A stretch of 46,353 nucleotides of DNA from a virus (IMGVR_UViG_3300031965_000053:1-46353), one strand, 5' to 3'. Shown: positions 10,097 to 19,798, numbered from the stretch's first letter. Numbers and translations are program-made. The notes: generated from the letters alone by a model not told the origin.

Positions 10097-10842
10097 GGGC
10101 CGTAAACTACTCCTGCGTGCAACCACCACCCGCCCATCGCCGTCACCGCCGTGGTGCCGCGCTGGTACGAGCGCCCGATGGCGGTGGCGAGCCCGTACCG
10201 CCCGCCGGCCCCGGCGTTCGATTGCTGGAACGAGAGCTGCTGCCAGGCGCCCGAGCTGTTCCTAATTGCTCGCGCGTCGTCCTGCTGCCCCTCGGTGGCG
10301 AACCCGAGGTCGCGAATCGTAGCGGGGCCGCGCAGAATCACCACCGCGCGGGAGCCAGACGTGCCGGTCTCCCAGTTCAAGCCGAGGCAGCGGCCCCCGT
10401 CGCTTGCGCCGTTCGTGTTCGTTTCCCCCCAGACATGGAACCGCTCGTCATTATCATGTCTGGTCGTCGTCGTTATGTTAGTACCAATCTCGGTAGTTAT
10501 AGCTGCCAGGCGCCACCGTACCGAGCCGTACCCACCCTGAGGGCGGAACAACGGACACGCGATCCGCTGCTCAGAGGTCCCGCTTGCGGCCCCTATGCCC
10601 GGCAAGAGCCAACGCGTCTCGACCCAGAGCTCGCCCGCCGGCGTGTACCACATCCAGCCCTCTGCGGGCAGCGAGGAGCCGGTCGAGCCGGAGACCGTGC
10701 CCGTGACCATCGCGATGAGGTCCGCGGGCAGGTCGGCCAGCCCCAGGTCGGCAATTTGTAGCCCGAGGGCGGCCTGGAGCATCTTGTTGAACGTGGGCAC
10801 CTCGGCGGCCGTGAAGTCATAGCCCGGCGTAATCGTTGCCAT
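10093..10842 (-). CDS. Fibre/spike-like virion protein (paralog 2), 249 aa
   Basis: ATG at 10842 in a TGATG overlap. Starts MATITPGYDF, a tail-fibre-anchor-like N-terminus; EGWMWYTPAGELWV motif. Confidence 0.65.
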   Translation of the reverse strand: MATITPGYDFTAAEVPTFNKMLQAALGLQIADLGLADLPADLIAMVTGTVSGSTGSSLPAEGWMWYTPAGELWVETRWLLPGIGAASGTSEQRIACPLFRPQGGYGSVRWRLAAITTEIGTNITTTTRHDNDERFHVWGETNTNGASDGGRCLGLNWETGTSGSRAVVILRGPATIRDLGFATEGQQDDARAIRNSSGAWQQLSFQQSNAGAGGRYGLATAIGRSYQRGTTAVTAMGGWWLHAGVVYGP

Positions 10843-11618
10843 CAGGAGACGTCGAACCTCCGCGCCTCGGTGAAAATGAAGGCCCGGTAGCGCGTCCCGA
10901 TCGCGGTGCTCGCGACGGACTCGGTAACGTGCGCGAAATATTGTCGCGTTGAGGCGTAGGGCGCGCTGGAGAAAACAACCCCAGTCCAGGCCGTGGAGTC
11001 GAAGCACCCGGCGCCCGGAGCCTGCTGCCCGGGCAGCGCAAAGATCTGACCATACCCCACGTCCACGAGGCGCTCGTACTTGTACGCGGTCGCGCCGGCA
11101 GAAATCGTCACATAGCTCGCGTCGAAGCCGTCAGAGAGGCCGCCGAAGAGCGCGCTGCGGATGTCACCGGAGCGGCCCGTGTGCGACACGTCCTGCCTCG
11201 GGTGGCCGCGCGAGCCCGTGTCCCCAGAGGCCAGCATCGCCCCGTTGCGAATATCTCGTTCCGTGGTGAATGCCGCAAACGAGCGGTTGCGGTTGATGAA
11301 TTCCTTTCGGTCGGAAACAGAAACCCACATGCCCTGTCCGGAATACTGCGTGTCGATGGACAGCTCGGCGACGCCGTGCCATGCGGTGTCCCACATGTAC
11401 AGATGCCCCTCGCCGCGACGAAACCAGAGCGTGCCAGGGTCGCGAAGAAGCGTCGCCGGGGCGTCGGTCTGCGAGTACGTGAAGTTCAGCTCGGTTCCGA
11501 ACTCCTCCGCGCTGAGCCCGGCAATGTGCGTGGTCTGCACGAACTTTTTGAGGTCCCGGTCGGGCTTGAAGCCGGGTCCCTCGGCGCGCAGGAAACCCGG
11601 GGTTACTACGAGCGCCAT
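10842..11618 (-). CDS. Fibre/spike-like virion protein (paralog 1), 258 aa
   Basis: Starts MALVVTPGF; PGTLWFRRGEGHLYMW motif; GAGG RBS; directly downstream of the nozzle gene. Confidence 0.65.
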   Translation of the reverse strand: MALVVTPGFLRAEGPGFKPDRDLKKFVQTTHIAGLSAEEFGTELNFTYSQTDAPATLLRDPGTLWFRRGEGHLYMWDTAWHGVAELSIDTQYSGQGMWVSVSDRKEFINRNRSFAAFTTERDIRNGAMLASGDTGSRGHPRQDVSHTGRSGDIRSALFGGLSDGFDASYVTISAGATAYKYERLVDVGYGQIFALPGQQAPGAGCFDSTAWTGVVFSSAPYASTRQYFAHVTESVASTAIGTRYRAFIFTEARRFDVS

Positions 11619-11619
11619 A

Positions 11620-13302
11620 TCACACCTCGTTGTCGTATTCGAACTGCCCGAGCTCGGCCCGGAGCCGGAGGTTGTAAAACACGGGGCGCGCGAAGTCCGT
11701 TGAATTGATCAGGCGGAACTGGACGAAGAACCCAGGCGCGACATCCTCCAGGCTGACGTGCCTCGTGACAAATTGCTTCTCGGGCAGCGCCCAGGGCAGC
11801 GGCGTAGTGCCGAACACGATGCCGGGGTCGGGCACGGACACGGCAACCGAGGCAATTGTGCTCCAGTCCTTCAGGTCCACGGCCGCCAGCAGCGTCACGT
11901 AGTGCGTCTCCCCGGCGTCGAGCGAGGCGGAAAAGCTCAGCTCGTGCCAGTGCTTTTTGGTGAGCGGGTCCCCGAACGAAAACGCGCGGGTTCGGAAGTC
12001 GTACGAAGGCAACGAGCCGCCCGGCCGCGCGTCGCCCGCGAAGGCCCGGTAAACTTGGAAGGTCCCGGAGTCCGCGACGCCGGTGGTCGAGCAGTCGCCG
12101 GCCGCATCGATCGCCTGATAGAACAGGCGGTCCTCATTCGAGAACGGCACGATGCGCATGTCGCGCGCCGAAATGTCGAAGAGGGACCACGAATTCTGGA
12201 ACAGGTCGAACCGCAGCACATGGGTGTTTTCGACCGCCCCGTCAAGGGGCACAGCCAAATGGTAGGCGTTCTCGAAGATCGCGCCGACTGCCTTGTGGGC
12301 CGCATCGAAGTTGATGCGCTCAATGAAGTCCGGGATGTTATAGGTCAACGGCAACCCCGCGCCGAGCTGCTCGTCCCCGTCCGCGCGCTGGAGGCCGCGC
12401 ACACCGTCGCGCGCCAGGAACAGAACGTCGATGCCGGGCAGCCCCGGAACGGTAGCCACACTGCGCGTCGCGACGCACCCCACGCCCGACGTGAGGACGC
12501 GCACGCTCGAGTTCACCGTGTCCAGCTCGTCGCCGAGTCCAGGAATCAGGCTGCCCGCCGTGCCCCACTGGGGGCGAAGCAGAACGATCGCCGACTCCTT
12601 CAGAATCCACAGGTTCGGTGAGTTGTCGCGCGAGGGCAGCAGGGCCGTAATGCGCCCCCCGAGGCCCGCCTCGATCGTCAACTCGTTCGCGGGAGAGAAC
12701 GTCAGGCCGTCGTCGAGCTCCGACCAGGCCAGGTCGTTCCCGTCTCCGCGAGTAGTGTCGTTCGCCTTCCACAGGCGGTTCTGAAAATAGGTGATGCACA
12801 CGGGCGTGTAGCTGGCCTGCTGCGAAAAGTCCGCAGCGTTCACGCCCTTGAACGCGACGATCCCGCTGGCGAGCGTCTGCCCCGAAGAAGGCTCGGCCTG
12901 CGCCGCGTACAGTGCGCGCTGGTCCCCGGACGCCCCGAACCAGTTGCCCTCCACGAACATGTGGAGGCGGTCCGAGACGAACGAGACGCCGCACGCCGAC
13001 CGCAGCCAGAGCGAGTCGCCGTCGGACCGGTAGAGCTCGGAGCCGAACACGGCCCAAGCGACCTGCTCGCTGGTAGAGTGATCGCGAAACTGCCCCAGGC
13101 CTCCGGGGGCGCCCACGATTCCGCCGAACGGGGTGTCGCCGCGCGTGCGCGACCACTGCCCAAGGCGGTCGATCTCAATGTTCGTGCCGTCCGAGAACTC
13201 CTCGGCCCCGAGCTTCCACGCCCGATTCCGAGTATTCACCCCCTTGTGGACCGTGTCCATCGCCTCGGGGGCTACGGGCGGGGTTTTCTGTGCCTCAGCC
13301 AT
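11620..13302 (-). CDS. Tail nozzle / stabilisation protein (P22 gp10 / tubular protein B-like), 560 aa
   Basis: Beta-rich; LAWSELDD, GVGCVATRSV and VLFLARDGVRGL motifs typical of podovirus stabilisation proteins; follows the adaptor. Confidence 0.85.
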   Translation of the reverse strand: MAEAQKTPPVAPEAMDTVHKGVNTRNRAWKLGAEEFSDGTNIEIDRLGQWSRTRGDTPFGGIVGAPGGLGQFRDHSTSEQVAWAVFGSELYRSDGDSLWLRSACGVSFVSDRLHMFVEGNWFGASGDQRALYAAQAEPSSGQTLASGIVAFKGVNAADFSQQASYTPVCITYFQNRLWKANDTTRGDGNDLAWSELDDGLTFSPANELTIEAGLGGRITALLPSRDNSPNLWILKESAIVLLRPQWGTAGSLIPGLGDELDTVNSSVRVLTSGVGCVATRSVATVPGLPGIDVLFLARDGVRGLQRADGDEQLGAGLPLTYNIPDFIERINFDAAHKAVGAIFENAYHLAVPLDGAVENTHVLRFDLFQNSWSLFDISARDMRIVPFSNEDRLFYQAIDAAGDCSTTGVADSGTFQVYRAFAGDARPGGSLPSYDFRTRAFSFGDPLTKKHWHELSFSASLDAGETHYVTLLAAVDLKDWSTIASVAVSVPDPGIVFGTTPLPWALPEKQFVTRHVSLEDVAPGFFVQFRLINSTDFARPVFYNLRLRAELGQFEYDNEV

Positions 13303-13852
13303 TCTTGCAAACCTTGGGAGGGGGCGGGGGCGCGAAGCCGAAGTGTTTGATCACGTCGCACGGCGCCAGGTCCGTCAGACAGGCGAACTCGAGGCTCACA
13401 CCGAACCTGCCGAGCCGGTCCGCCGCGCGCTTCGACACCAGGCGACTCAGCTCCCCGCTCGCGTTCGTGTCCAGTACGTGCTCGAGCGTCATGTTCGCCA
13501 GGCACTCGGCCACGGACACGCACGCGATGTCCCCGATCGTGTCGTCGATGTCCACAGTTTTTCCAACAGCAAGCGCCGGCTGCGGGATCGTGTACACCAG
13601 AACGGCCGACACCGCAATCGTGCGGCCCTCTCGCGTCGTCAGGACCTGGGTCTCCACGTTGTAGGTTGTTCGCGCCGTTGGGATCAGGGTGACGGACGTC
13701 ACGAGCGGCCAGTACACGTGCAGCCCGGGCGGGTGGACGCGCATGTGCCGGCCCATCCGGAAGGACACGAGCGCGTGGGTGCTGCGAATGATCACGAGGC
13801 GCGGAAAAATCAGCAGGAGCGTGTCGAGCGCTTTGGACAGCCAGTCTAACAT
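13295..13852 (-). CDS. SPFH/Band 7 domain protein, 185 aa
   Basis: N-terminal hydrophobic segment, FRMGR..PPGLHVYWP and QVLTTREGRTIAVSAVLVY..FGVSLE: classic SPFH pattern. Confidence 0.85.
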   Translation of the reverse strand: MLDWLSKALDTLLLIFPRLVIIRSTHALVSFRMGRHMRVHPPGLHVYWPLVTSVTLIPTARTTYNVETQVLTTREGRTIAVSAVLVYTIPQPALAVGKTVDIDDTIGDIACVSVAECLANMTLEHVLDTNASGELSRLVSKRAADRLGRFGVSLEFACLTDLAPCDVIKHFGFAPPPPPKVCKNG

Positions 13853-14817
13853 TCGTACAAGTCCTCACCCTCGAGCCGGAAATAGATCTGCCGCGGGGAG
13901 ACGAGCTTCAGCCGGTCCCCGCGCCCCTCCTGCGCAAGCGCCTCTTCCTGCATGAGTCCGTCGGCCTTCTGCCAGGCGAGTTGCGCCTGCTGCGGCTCGT
14001 TGTCGATCCAATGGACGTCCCCCACGACGCGCCAGATGAGGTAATCGCGCTGGACGGCCGAGGGCAAGGCGGACTGCTCGTTGACGACCCGGTCTGGGTG
14101 CGTGTAGTATTCGACGCGCAGGCGCCGTCCAGCCGGTGGGATGTACAGGAACTCGATGCGCGCATAGGCCGCGGATCGCGCGTCTGCGGGAATGCGCGAC
14201 AGCGGGGCAGAGCTTTCCGAGTCGCGCACGATCACGTCAGCGTCGCCGTCGAGGGAAGACTTCTCGATCGACTCGACCCGGGTGTAAGACTGCGCGGTAG
14301 TCGTGGCGCCGGTCCCCGTGATCAGGAACGATTCCGTGACCAACGGGAACTCGAGCGCGGTGCCGGATGCGAGGGTGTCAAGCCCATACCCCGTGATGAA
14401 AATCGTGAGGGCCTCGCTTACGGAGGCCTCGATTTCGAGCGGGGCGTAGGTGGACGGCTCGGAAATTACCGGCACCACGCCGAGCTCGCGAAACTCCCAC
14501 GGCGTATCGTTGGTGACCGAGCGCGACCACGTGTTCGTCGCGCTGAGATTCCAGTCCGTGCCGCCGCGAACCGCCTGCTTGTTGTCCAGGTCGGTCACCG
14601 ACAGGGGCTTCTGGACGCGCCGCGGGAACACCATGAACCGCGTGCCGTTCGCGGTGAAGTCCTCGTATCGCTTCAGGCCGTTCCAGGGCCGACGGCTTGC
14701 CCAGTGGTCCACGGCGCGGTCCACGGCCGGCACAAGGCGCGTCCGCATCGCCGTGTCGCTCTTGCGACCCGTGATGCCGAGCACCTCGTCAATGATCTGT
14801 GAAACCAGGGTGCTCAT
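13846..14817 (-). CDS. Head-tail adaptor (tubular protein A-like), 323 aa
   Basis: Helical N-terminus (QIIDEVL..W..RPW), beta insertion, then LYIPP..VEYY..P..LP..DYLIW; GAGGAG RBS. Confidence 0.8.
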   Translation of the reverse strand: MSTLVSQIIDEVLGITGRKSDTAMRTRLVPAVDRAVDHWASRRPWNGLKRYEDFTANGTRFMVFPRRVQKPLSVTDLDNKQAVRGGTDWNLSATNTWSRSVTNDTPWEFRELGVVPVISEPSTYAPLEIEASVSEALTIFITGYGLDTLASGTALEFPLVTESFLITGTGATTTAQSYTRVESIEKSSLDGDADVIVRDSESSAPLSRIPADARSAAYARIEFLYIPPAGRRLRVEYYTHPDRVVNEQSALPSAVQRDYLIWRVVGDVHWIDNEPQQAQLAWQKADGLMQEEALAQEGRGDRLKLVSPRQIYFRLEGEDLYEC

Positions 14818-14828
14818 TTCTTCTCCTC

Positions 14829-14876
14829 AAAAAGAGCCCAGGGCGCCGGCCCGCCATTCCGGCTTACCCCGGGCCC
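14829..14876 (-). terminator. Probable intrinsic terminator after the glycosyltransferase gene
   Basis: Minus strand GGGCCCGGGGT..GCCGG..CCGGC GCCCTGGGCTC stem (with G-U pairs) followed by TTTTT. Confidence 0.5.
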
Positions 14877-17371
14877 AGAATTCTCTCCAGCCACTCGTTG
14901 GCGAGCGGCTCAATGTCGAACTCCGATTTCGCGCGCTCGGACAAGCCGCGTCGAATCGGGTCGTCGGCGGGGATTTTCGATGCGCGCAACACGGTCTCGG
15001 CAGCCTGATGGACCCACTCGTCTGGGGTCGGCGTCGGCAGGGGCGGCAGGGCGAAGGTTTTGTCCTTGACGGTTTCGCGCAGTGCTCCGAAGAGCGTGCA
15101 AATCGGCACGCACCCGGCCGCCTGGGTTTCCATCGCAGCCATGCACGAAATTTCCGGGAAGCGCGTCGGGTAGAGCCAAATGCCGGCCTGGTTTTGCAAC
15201 TCGGCGCAGCGCTCGAAACTGACGCGGTGGTGCATGCGGGCGCCGGTACGATCGATCAGGGCGTTCACGTGTCGCTCGTAGTCGTCGCGGCTGGCGTCGC
15301 GCCCAAGGTCCGGGATGGTGCAGTGAGTGCGCTGCGCCGTGATGCGGCGGTAAAAGGGCGTGAACCCATAGCAGATGTCGAACTCGAGCTCGGGGTCAAG
15401 GGTTTTCGCCACGTAGAACACCGACAGCGCGGTGAATAGGCCGCGGTCCGGGCTGCTACAGTAGACGATTTTCTTCGGGTTGGACAGCTCGGGCCGATAG
15501 AGTTCGGACCGAATCGCGTTGCGTCCCTGCCATAATGGCAGGTCAAGCCCGGCCAGCGGACGCTCGTGGAATTCTGACTGCACCTGGATCGCGTCCAGGG
15601 CGCGCAGGGGCGCGGGATCGGTGTTCGGAGACTGTACGTCATGCAGCCACAGAAAGCGCCGCTCGGCCGGGATGCGGGTGCTGGCGATCAGGTTGTGGTT
15701 GCGCCAGTAGATCACGGCCCGGCGCGGCCTGCGGTCGTCGACCTCGGACCAGTGCCGCCACGCCACACCGTCGGCCGCTACGCCGCGGTGCGCGAACGGA
15801 ACGTTGGCGTACACCGTGACGTTCAGGCCCCGCGCTTGCAGGGCGCGCGATAGAAGCAACACCATCTTCTCGCTGCCGCCGATGCCGGTCTGCTCGCTGT
15901 ACGGCCCCCAGGGCTCGAAGGTGTGCCCGCACAAAATGGCGAGCTCGGGCCGGCGCGGCCGGGAGTCAGGCGGCTCGGGGCGGCCCACCCCGATGGTCTC
16001 AAGGCCCTCGGGGATCGCAGACAGCCGCTGCGCGAGTTCCCGGGCCAGGAGGCGTGAATTCGGCACGTCGCGCGCGTTGCGCAACACGGTGGTAGCAGCG
16101 GAGGCCAGCTCCTGGCCGGCCGCCCAGTTCAGCAGGGCGTCGAAGCGCGGCCTGTCCTCTTCGTAGTTCGGGCGCGCGGCCCGGGCGCGCTCAACCGCGG
16201 CGCGCACCTCTGCCACGCGGCCGAGTTCTTTTGCGCACACCGCGGCGAGCAGGTGCGGGTGGTATCGGACCTGCTGCGGGTCCACACTGCCCGCGGACTC
16301 CTCAGGGAAGGGCAGGGTCAGCCCGACGCGGTACCAGTGCAGCGCCTCCTCCCAGCGGCACAGCGCGGTGTAGCAGCGGAGCAGGCCAAAGTAGCCGCGC
16401 GGGTCGTGCCCGCGAATCTCGATGCACTTGCTGTACCAGTCGGCGGCCTCGAGCGGGCGCTGGAACGCCGGGGTCATGTAGATCCCTGCGATGAAGTAGG
16501 CCGCGCCGAAGCGGTCGTCGGGCGAGCCGGACAGGGCCTCGAACCGGCGGTACAGGTCGATGGCCTCTTGAAGACGCAGCAGTCCGCGACACGCGTTTCC
16601 CAGGTAGAACAGCGTCCGCGGGTCGGGCTGCTCTTCGTCGGACATCTCCTCGATCTCGCGCCGCAAAATCACGTAGTTGCGGATGTCGGAGGTCCCGCCC
16701 TTGCCGCGGTCCTTCGTGTGCCGAATGCACGCGGGGAGGTCCGACCAGTAGCCCGTCCCCCGTACCTCGATCCCGGGACGCGGGATCAGCGTCTCGTGGC
16801 AGCGGCCCACCCAGTAGAACTTGCTGCGACGCACGAAACGCTCGCGCTTGAGAACGGTGGTGCAGGAGCCGTCGGTGTCGAAAGCATACTCGTAGTTCAG
16901 GAAAATGCCGTCCCCACTGCCCCCGCCGATGTAGTCGTCAACCAGCTTTCGCAGGCCGCCGCGCGTGCTGTCCACAATGACGTCGTCGCTGTCAATCCAG
17001 CAGATGACATCGTGGGCGGATTGATCGGCAACATATTGACGGATCTCCGCGAAGTCCAGGGTGCCGCGCAGGGTGGCATACTGCGGGTCGGCCCGGAAGC
17101 GCGCAAGCTCGTCCTCTCCCAACCAGCGACGCACGTAGGGCTCGAGGTCCTGGCTGAAATCCTTCTGAAGCAGCCGCACGCCCGGCACTTCGCCGAGCAG
17201 CTCGCGCAGCCGCGAAAGGTTTTCGGGCGAGGACCCGGTGTCGAGGACGAGCACCTCGTCGCCGTCGCGGTACACCTGGTCGAAAATGGACCGCACCGCA
17301 GTGACGGTGTTTTCGGGGGTGTCCTTGGTGACGATGTTGAACGAGACGGGGACGGGGACGGGGATCTTCAT
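14864..17371 (-). CDS. Bifunctional glycosyltransferase: GT2 (GT-A) + TPR + GT4-like (GT-B), 835 aa
   Basis: GT2: VLVLDTGS, WIDSDD (DxD), RER, WVGRCHE (SunS/TPR-GT2-like). TPR: DPRTLFYLGNA..EAIDLY. GT-B: GIGGSE, YCSSPDRGL, YPTRFPEISCMAAMETQAAG. Confidence 0.93.
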   Translation of the reverse strand: MKIPVPVPVSFNIVTKDTPENTVTAVRSIFDQVYRDGDEVLVLDTGSSPENLSRLRELLGEVPGVRLLQKDFSQDLEPYVRRWLGEDELARFRADPQYATLRGTLDFAEIRQYVADQSAHDVICWIDSDDVIVDSTRGGLRKLVDDYIGGGSGDGIFLNYEYAFDTDGSCTTVLKRERFVRRSKFYWVGRCHETLIPRPGIEVRGTGYWSDLPACIRHTKDRGKGGTSDIRNYVILRREIEEMSDEEQPDPRTLFYLGNACRGLLRLQEAIDLYRRFEALSGSPDDRFGAAYFIAGIYMTPAFQRPLEAADWYSKCIEIRGHDPRGYFGLLRCYTALCRWEEALHWYRVGLTLPFPEESAGSVDPQQVRYHPHLLAAVCAKELGRVAEVRAAVERARAARPNYEEDRPRFDALLNWAAGQELASAATTVLRNARDVPNSRLLARELAQRLSAIPEGLETIGVGRPEPPDSRPRRPELAILCGHTFEPWGPYSEQTGIGGSEKMVLLLSRALQARGLNVTVYANVPFAHRGVAADGVAWRHWSEVDDRRPRRAVIYWRNHNLIASTRIPAERRFLWLHDVQSPNTDPAPLRALDAIQVQSEFHERPLAGLDLPLWQGRNAIRSELYRPELSNPKKIVYCSSPDRGLFTALSVFYVAKTLDPELEFDICYGFTPFYRRITAQRTHCTIPDLGRDASRDDYERHVNALIDRTGARMHHRVSFERCAELQNQAGIWLYPTRFPEISCMAAMETQAAGCVPICTLFGALRETVKDKTFALPPLPTPTPDEWVHQAAETVLRASKIPADDPIRRGLSERAKSEFDIEPLANEWLERILGPG

Positions 17372-17386
17372 GGCGGGAAGCTCCTG

Positions 17387-17734
17387 TTATTCTGCGCCGA
17401 TGCGCTTTCTCATGGCGCGCGGCATCAAGTCCGGGAAGTCGGTGACCAGGGTGCGAATGTCCGCGTCGTCGTCTCCCCACTTAGGGAAAATACGCCGGAT
17501 CGCCCAGAACAGCGTAGCGGGGAAGCGGAGTTTCACGTGCCCGTCGGCGCTGTCCTCCGATCCCATGTCTTTGTATTTTCCGCTGGAGTGGATGTCCTGT
17601 GCGGTGACCTCGCGAATGAACCGAATGGCCTCCTTGGCGGCCCTGGGGTCTCGGCGATGCCACTCTTCCAGGATGTCAGAGATGATCGTTCGCTCGGCAG
17701 CGCGCTTTACAAGCACGACAATGTCGTTAGACAT
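17387..17734 (-). CDS. Hypothetical protein, 115 aa
   Basis: ATG at 17734 (MSNDIVVLVK) overlaps the LamG stop; fills the gap in the operon. Confidence 0.65.
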   Translation of the reverse strand: MSNDIVVLVKRAAERTIISDILEEWHRRDPRAAKEAIRFIREVTAQDIHSSGKYKDMGSEDSADGHVKLRFPATLFWAIRRIFPKWGDDDADIRTLVTDFPDLMPRAMRKRIGAE

Positions 17735-18509
17735 AGGACACGAACCCTGAAATCCAAATGCGGGAATGGCCGCCGCCACCAAGGGAACCGTCTTCGGGAT
17801 AAGGCCGAGGGGGGGCGGCCGGAACAAGCGGAACCGGAACGACTCGGGTCCTAAGACGCGGGGCGTAAATGCGAACCACGGACGGGTTATCGCCCGCACC
17901 ACCGTCACCGCTGACTGTCAAGTCGGGCGTCCCCACAATCGCGGGCTCGTCCGCGGTGCCGGTACGGCCGAACAGGGGCCAGAAAGCGACAAGGTTTGCG
18001 CGGCGGATCAGCAACGGGGACACCCCCTTCGCCAACGCCGCATGCTCTGCGGCGCTGAGACCGACATTCCAAACGGCCACACACGCGATTCGGCCGTCGT
18101 TGAACGAGCCCATTGCCGCGAACGTGTCGGTTGCAGCGATTCGCGTACGCGACAGGGACTCGTTTGCGGATGTTGCGCTCGTGCCGACAGAAACCCCATT
18201 CACAAAGGCCTCCGTACTGTCTGCTGCGTAGGCGCTCATCCCCACTGCTACCCAGGTGCCGGTTACGAGAAATGCGTCGGCAGAGACGATGTTCACGAAC
18301 CCGGTGCCGTCGTAGCGAATAAATTGCGCATCGCCAAACGCGCGGTGGAGCGTCGCCTGTTGCCCAGCGCTGTTGAGAACGACTATCGCTCCCTGCGTAA
18401 GGTTGGTATCGTTTTGGTGCCAGGCGAACAGGGTGAACGGCGGCCCCGAGACAGGCGCGCTCGCAGCGAGCAGGTGTTGTGAACTGGCAGCGACAAAGTT
18501 TCGAGCCAC
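17727..18509 (-). CDS. LamG/concanavalin A-like lectin domain virion protein
   Basis: PFTLFAW, TGTWVAVG, AFVNG, FNDGRIACVAVWNVGLSAAE and LVAFWPL are Laminin_G_3-type motifs. Probable GTG start at 18509 just after the upstream stop. Confidence 0.85.
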   Translation of the reverse strand: MARNFVAASSQHLLAASAPVSGPPFTLFAWHQNDTNLTQGAIVVLNSAGQQATLHRAFGDAQFIRYDGTGFVNIVSADAFLVTGTWVAVGMSAYAADSTEAFVNGVSVGTSATSANESLSRTRIAATDTFAAMGSFNDGRIACVAVWNVGLSAAEHAALAKGVSPLLIRRANLVAFWPLFGRTGTADEPAIVGTPDLTVSGDGGAGDNPSVVRIYAPRLRTRVVPVPLVPAAPPRPYPEDGSLGGGGHSRIWISGFVSYV

Positions 18510-18510
18510 G

Positions 18511-19005
18511 TTACGTTTCTCGAACCTCCACCTTGAAAAGTTCGGCATCTCCTACCATGTCGTCTCCGACATCAGCAACAGCGCGAGCCACCGAAAGCCG
18601 AAACGACTCGCCGGCCAGAAGGCCGTCTATCTCCGCGCCGTCCGTGAAGGCCACAGAATCAACCCCCACCTCGCCAGAGGCGGAGGGGGCGGTAGACGTA
18701 ACCGTCTTGGCTGACGCGAAACCGTTGGCGTCCAGGTCAAACGCGTCGTCTTCGTGCCGCTCGAGGGCTACGGACCAAACAACCGCCCCGGAGGTGGCGG
18801 AGGTCGCCATCCAATAAAGCGTAACCGTCAGGCCCCCGCCAGCGTATCCGCGAGGAAGAACCGCCTCCAAATAGGTGGTCTCTTGGGTAGCCGCGTCGAA
18901 GTCGATGACCGGGTGATCGTTGCGAACATCGTGCGTCGCTCCGTTGCTTGCGGGCGAACGACAATCGTCGGAAGTGAAAACCAGTAACGTGTCGCCGGAC
19001 GCCAT
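18511..19005 (-). CDS. Beta-sandwich virion-associated protein, 164 aa
   Basis: ATG at 19005 with AGGAG RBS; beta-rich (DFDAATQE..LPRGYAGGGLTVTLYW). Confidence 0.7.
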   Translation of the reverse strand: MASGDTLLVFTSDDCRSPASNGATHDVRNDHPVIDFDAATQETTYLEAVLPRGYAGGGLTVTLYWMATSATSGAVVWSVALERHEDDAFDLDANGFASAKTVTSTAPSASGEVGVDSVAFTDGAEIDGLLAGESFRLSVARAVADVGDDMVGDAELFKVEVRET

Positions 19006-19007
19006 AC

Positions 19008-19256
19008 CTATGCTCCTACCGCAACTCGGCGCGCCACAACGGCCTTTAGCAGGGCCGCCTTTTGTGCCGCAGACAAACCGTTGCGGGCACGAAGGGGGAT
19101 TGCGGCGTTGAGGCCTGCGGCGTTGGCGTCTACCCATGTATCAATAGCATCAATCGCCTCGCGAAGCTCAGCCTTGTTGATGCCAACACTTCCGACCAGG
19201 GTCTGCATAGCCTGCGACCAGGTAGCAACTCGATCGGCGGCGGACAGTTCGGCCAC
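19008..19256 (-). CDS. Small helical hypothetical protein, 82 aa
   Basis: GTG at 19256 with GGAG RBS; KAELREAIDAIDTWVDAN. Confidence 0.65.
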   Translation of the reverse strand: MAELSAADRVATWSQAMQTLVGSVGINKAELREAIDAIDTWVDANAAGLNAAIPLRARNGLSAAQKAALLKAVVARRVAVGA

Positions 19257-19261
19257 GGGCT

Positions 19262-19600
19262 CTACTCCGTTCTGTAAACAACTGTGAGGTCGATGAGGTG
19301 CGTGTCGCCGAGGTGGCGTTCCACGTAGACCCCAGAGGTGAAAAACTTGGGCCGGCCCATCCAAGAAATCTCGCGCGTGCCCTCACCGAGCAGGTACGCG
19401 CCCTTGTAGGCACTGTCCGTTGTGCCGTCGCACAATAGCAGTGACGTCAGGGACCCGGACGGGCTGTCGATTTCGACTCTGTAAACGTTCACCGGCGTTG
19501 CAAACAGCGTCGCGGACGTGTTGTTCGTCACGTGCAAGACGGCAAGCTGCTCTGCGAACGCCTCGAGGCGATCGGTGATGTCCTTGAGGTTCGACGACAT
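19262..19600 (-). CDS. Putative capsid decoration protein, 112 aa
   Basis: Beta-rich small ORF downstream of MCP; ends FTSGVYV..LTVVY. Confidence 0.6.
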   Translation of the reverse strand: MSSNLKDITDRLEAFAEQLAVLHVTNNTSATLFATPVNVYRVEIDSPSGSLTSLLLCDGTTDSAYKGAYLLGEGTREISWMGRPKFFTSGVYVERHLGDTHLIDLTVVYRTE

Positions 19601-19601
19601 G

Positions 19602-19778
19602 CTACTTCACCTTGGCCGTCCGCTGCTTGTGCGTGTCGATGCGCTTGCGCGCCTGGCTCTCGGTGTTGAACCCACCGGTGTCGATGAGGCCTCCGGCCTT
19701 ATCGCGAGCGGGCGAGCCGGACTTGTCGACGACGCGCCACTTCGAACCCAGCTGCTTGACGTTCAAACCATTCGGCAT
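19602..19778 (-). CDS. Small basic protein, 58 aa
   Basis: ATG at 19778 (MPNGLNVKQLGSKWRVVDK) with AAGGA RBS. Confidence 0.6.
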   Translation of the reverse strand: MPNGLNVKQLGSKWRVVDKSGSPARDKAGGLIDTGGFNTESQARKRIDTHKQRTAKVK

Positions 19779-19798
19779 GAGAATTCCTTTGGTAAATC

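Noticed and set aside
16253-17854. Long antisense ORFs (also 22970..24046, 40574..41881, 34346..35437 and others)
   Set aside because: They overlap genes with clear motifs and have no motifs of their own.
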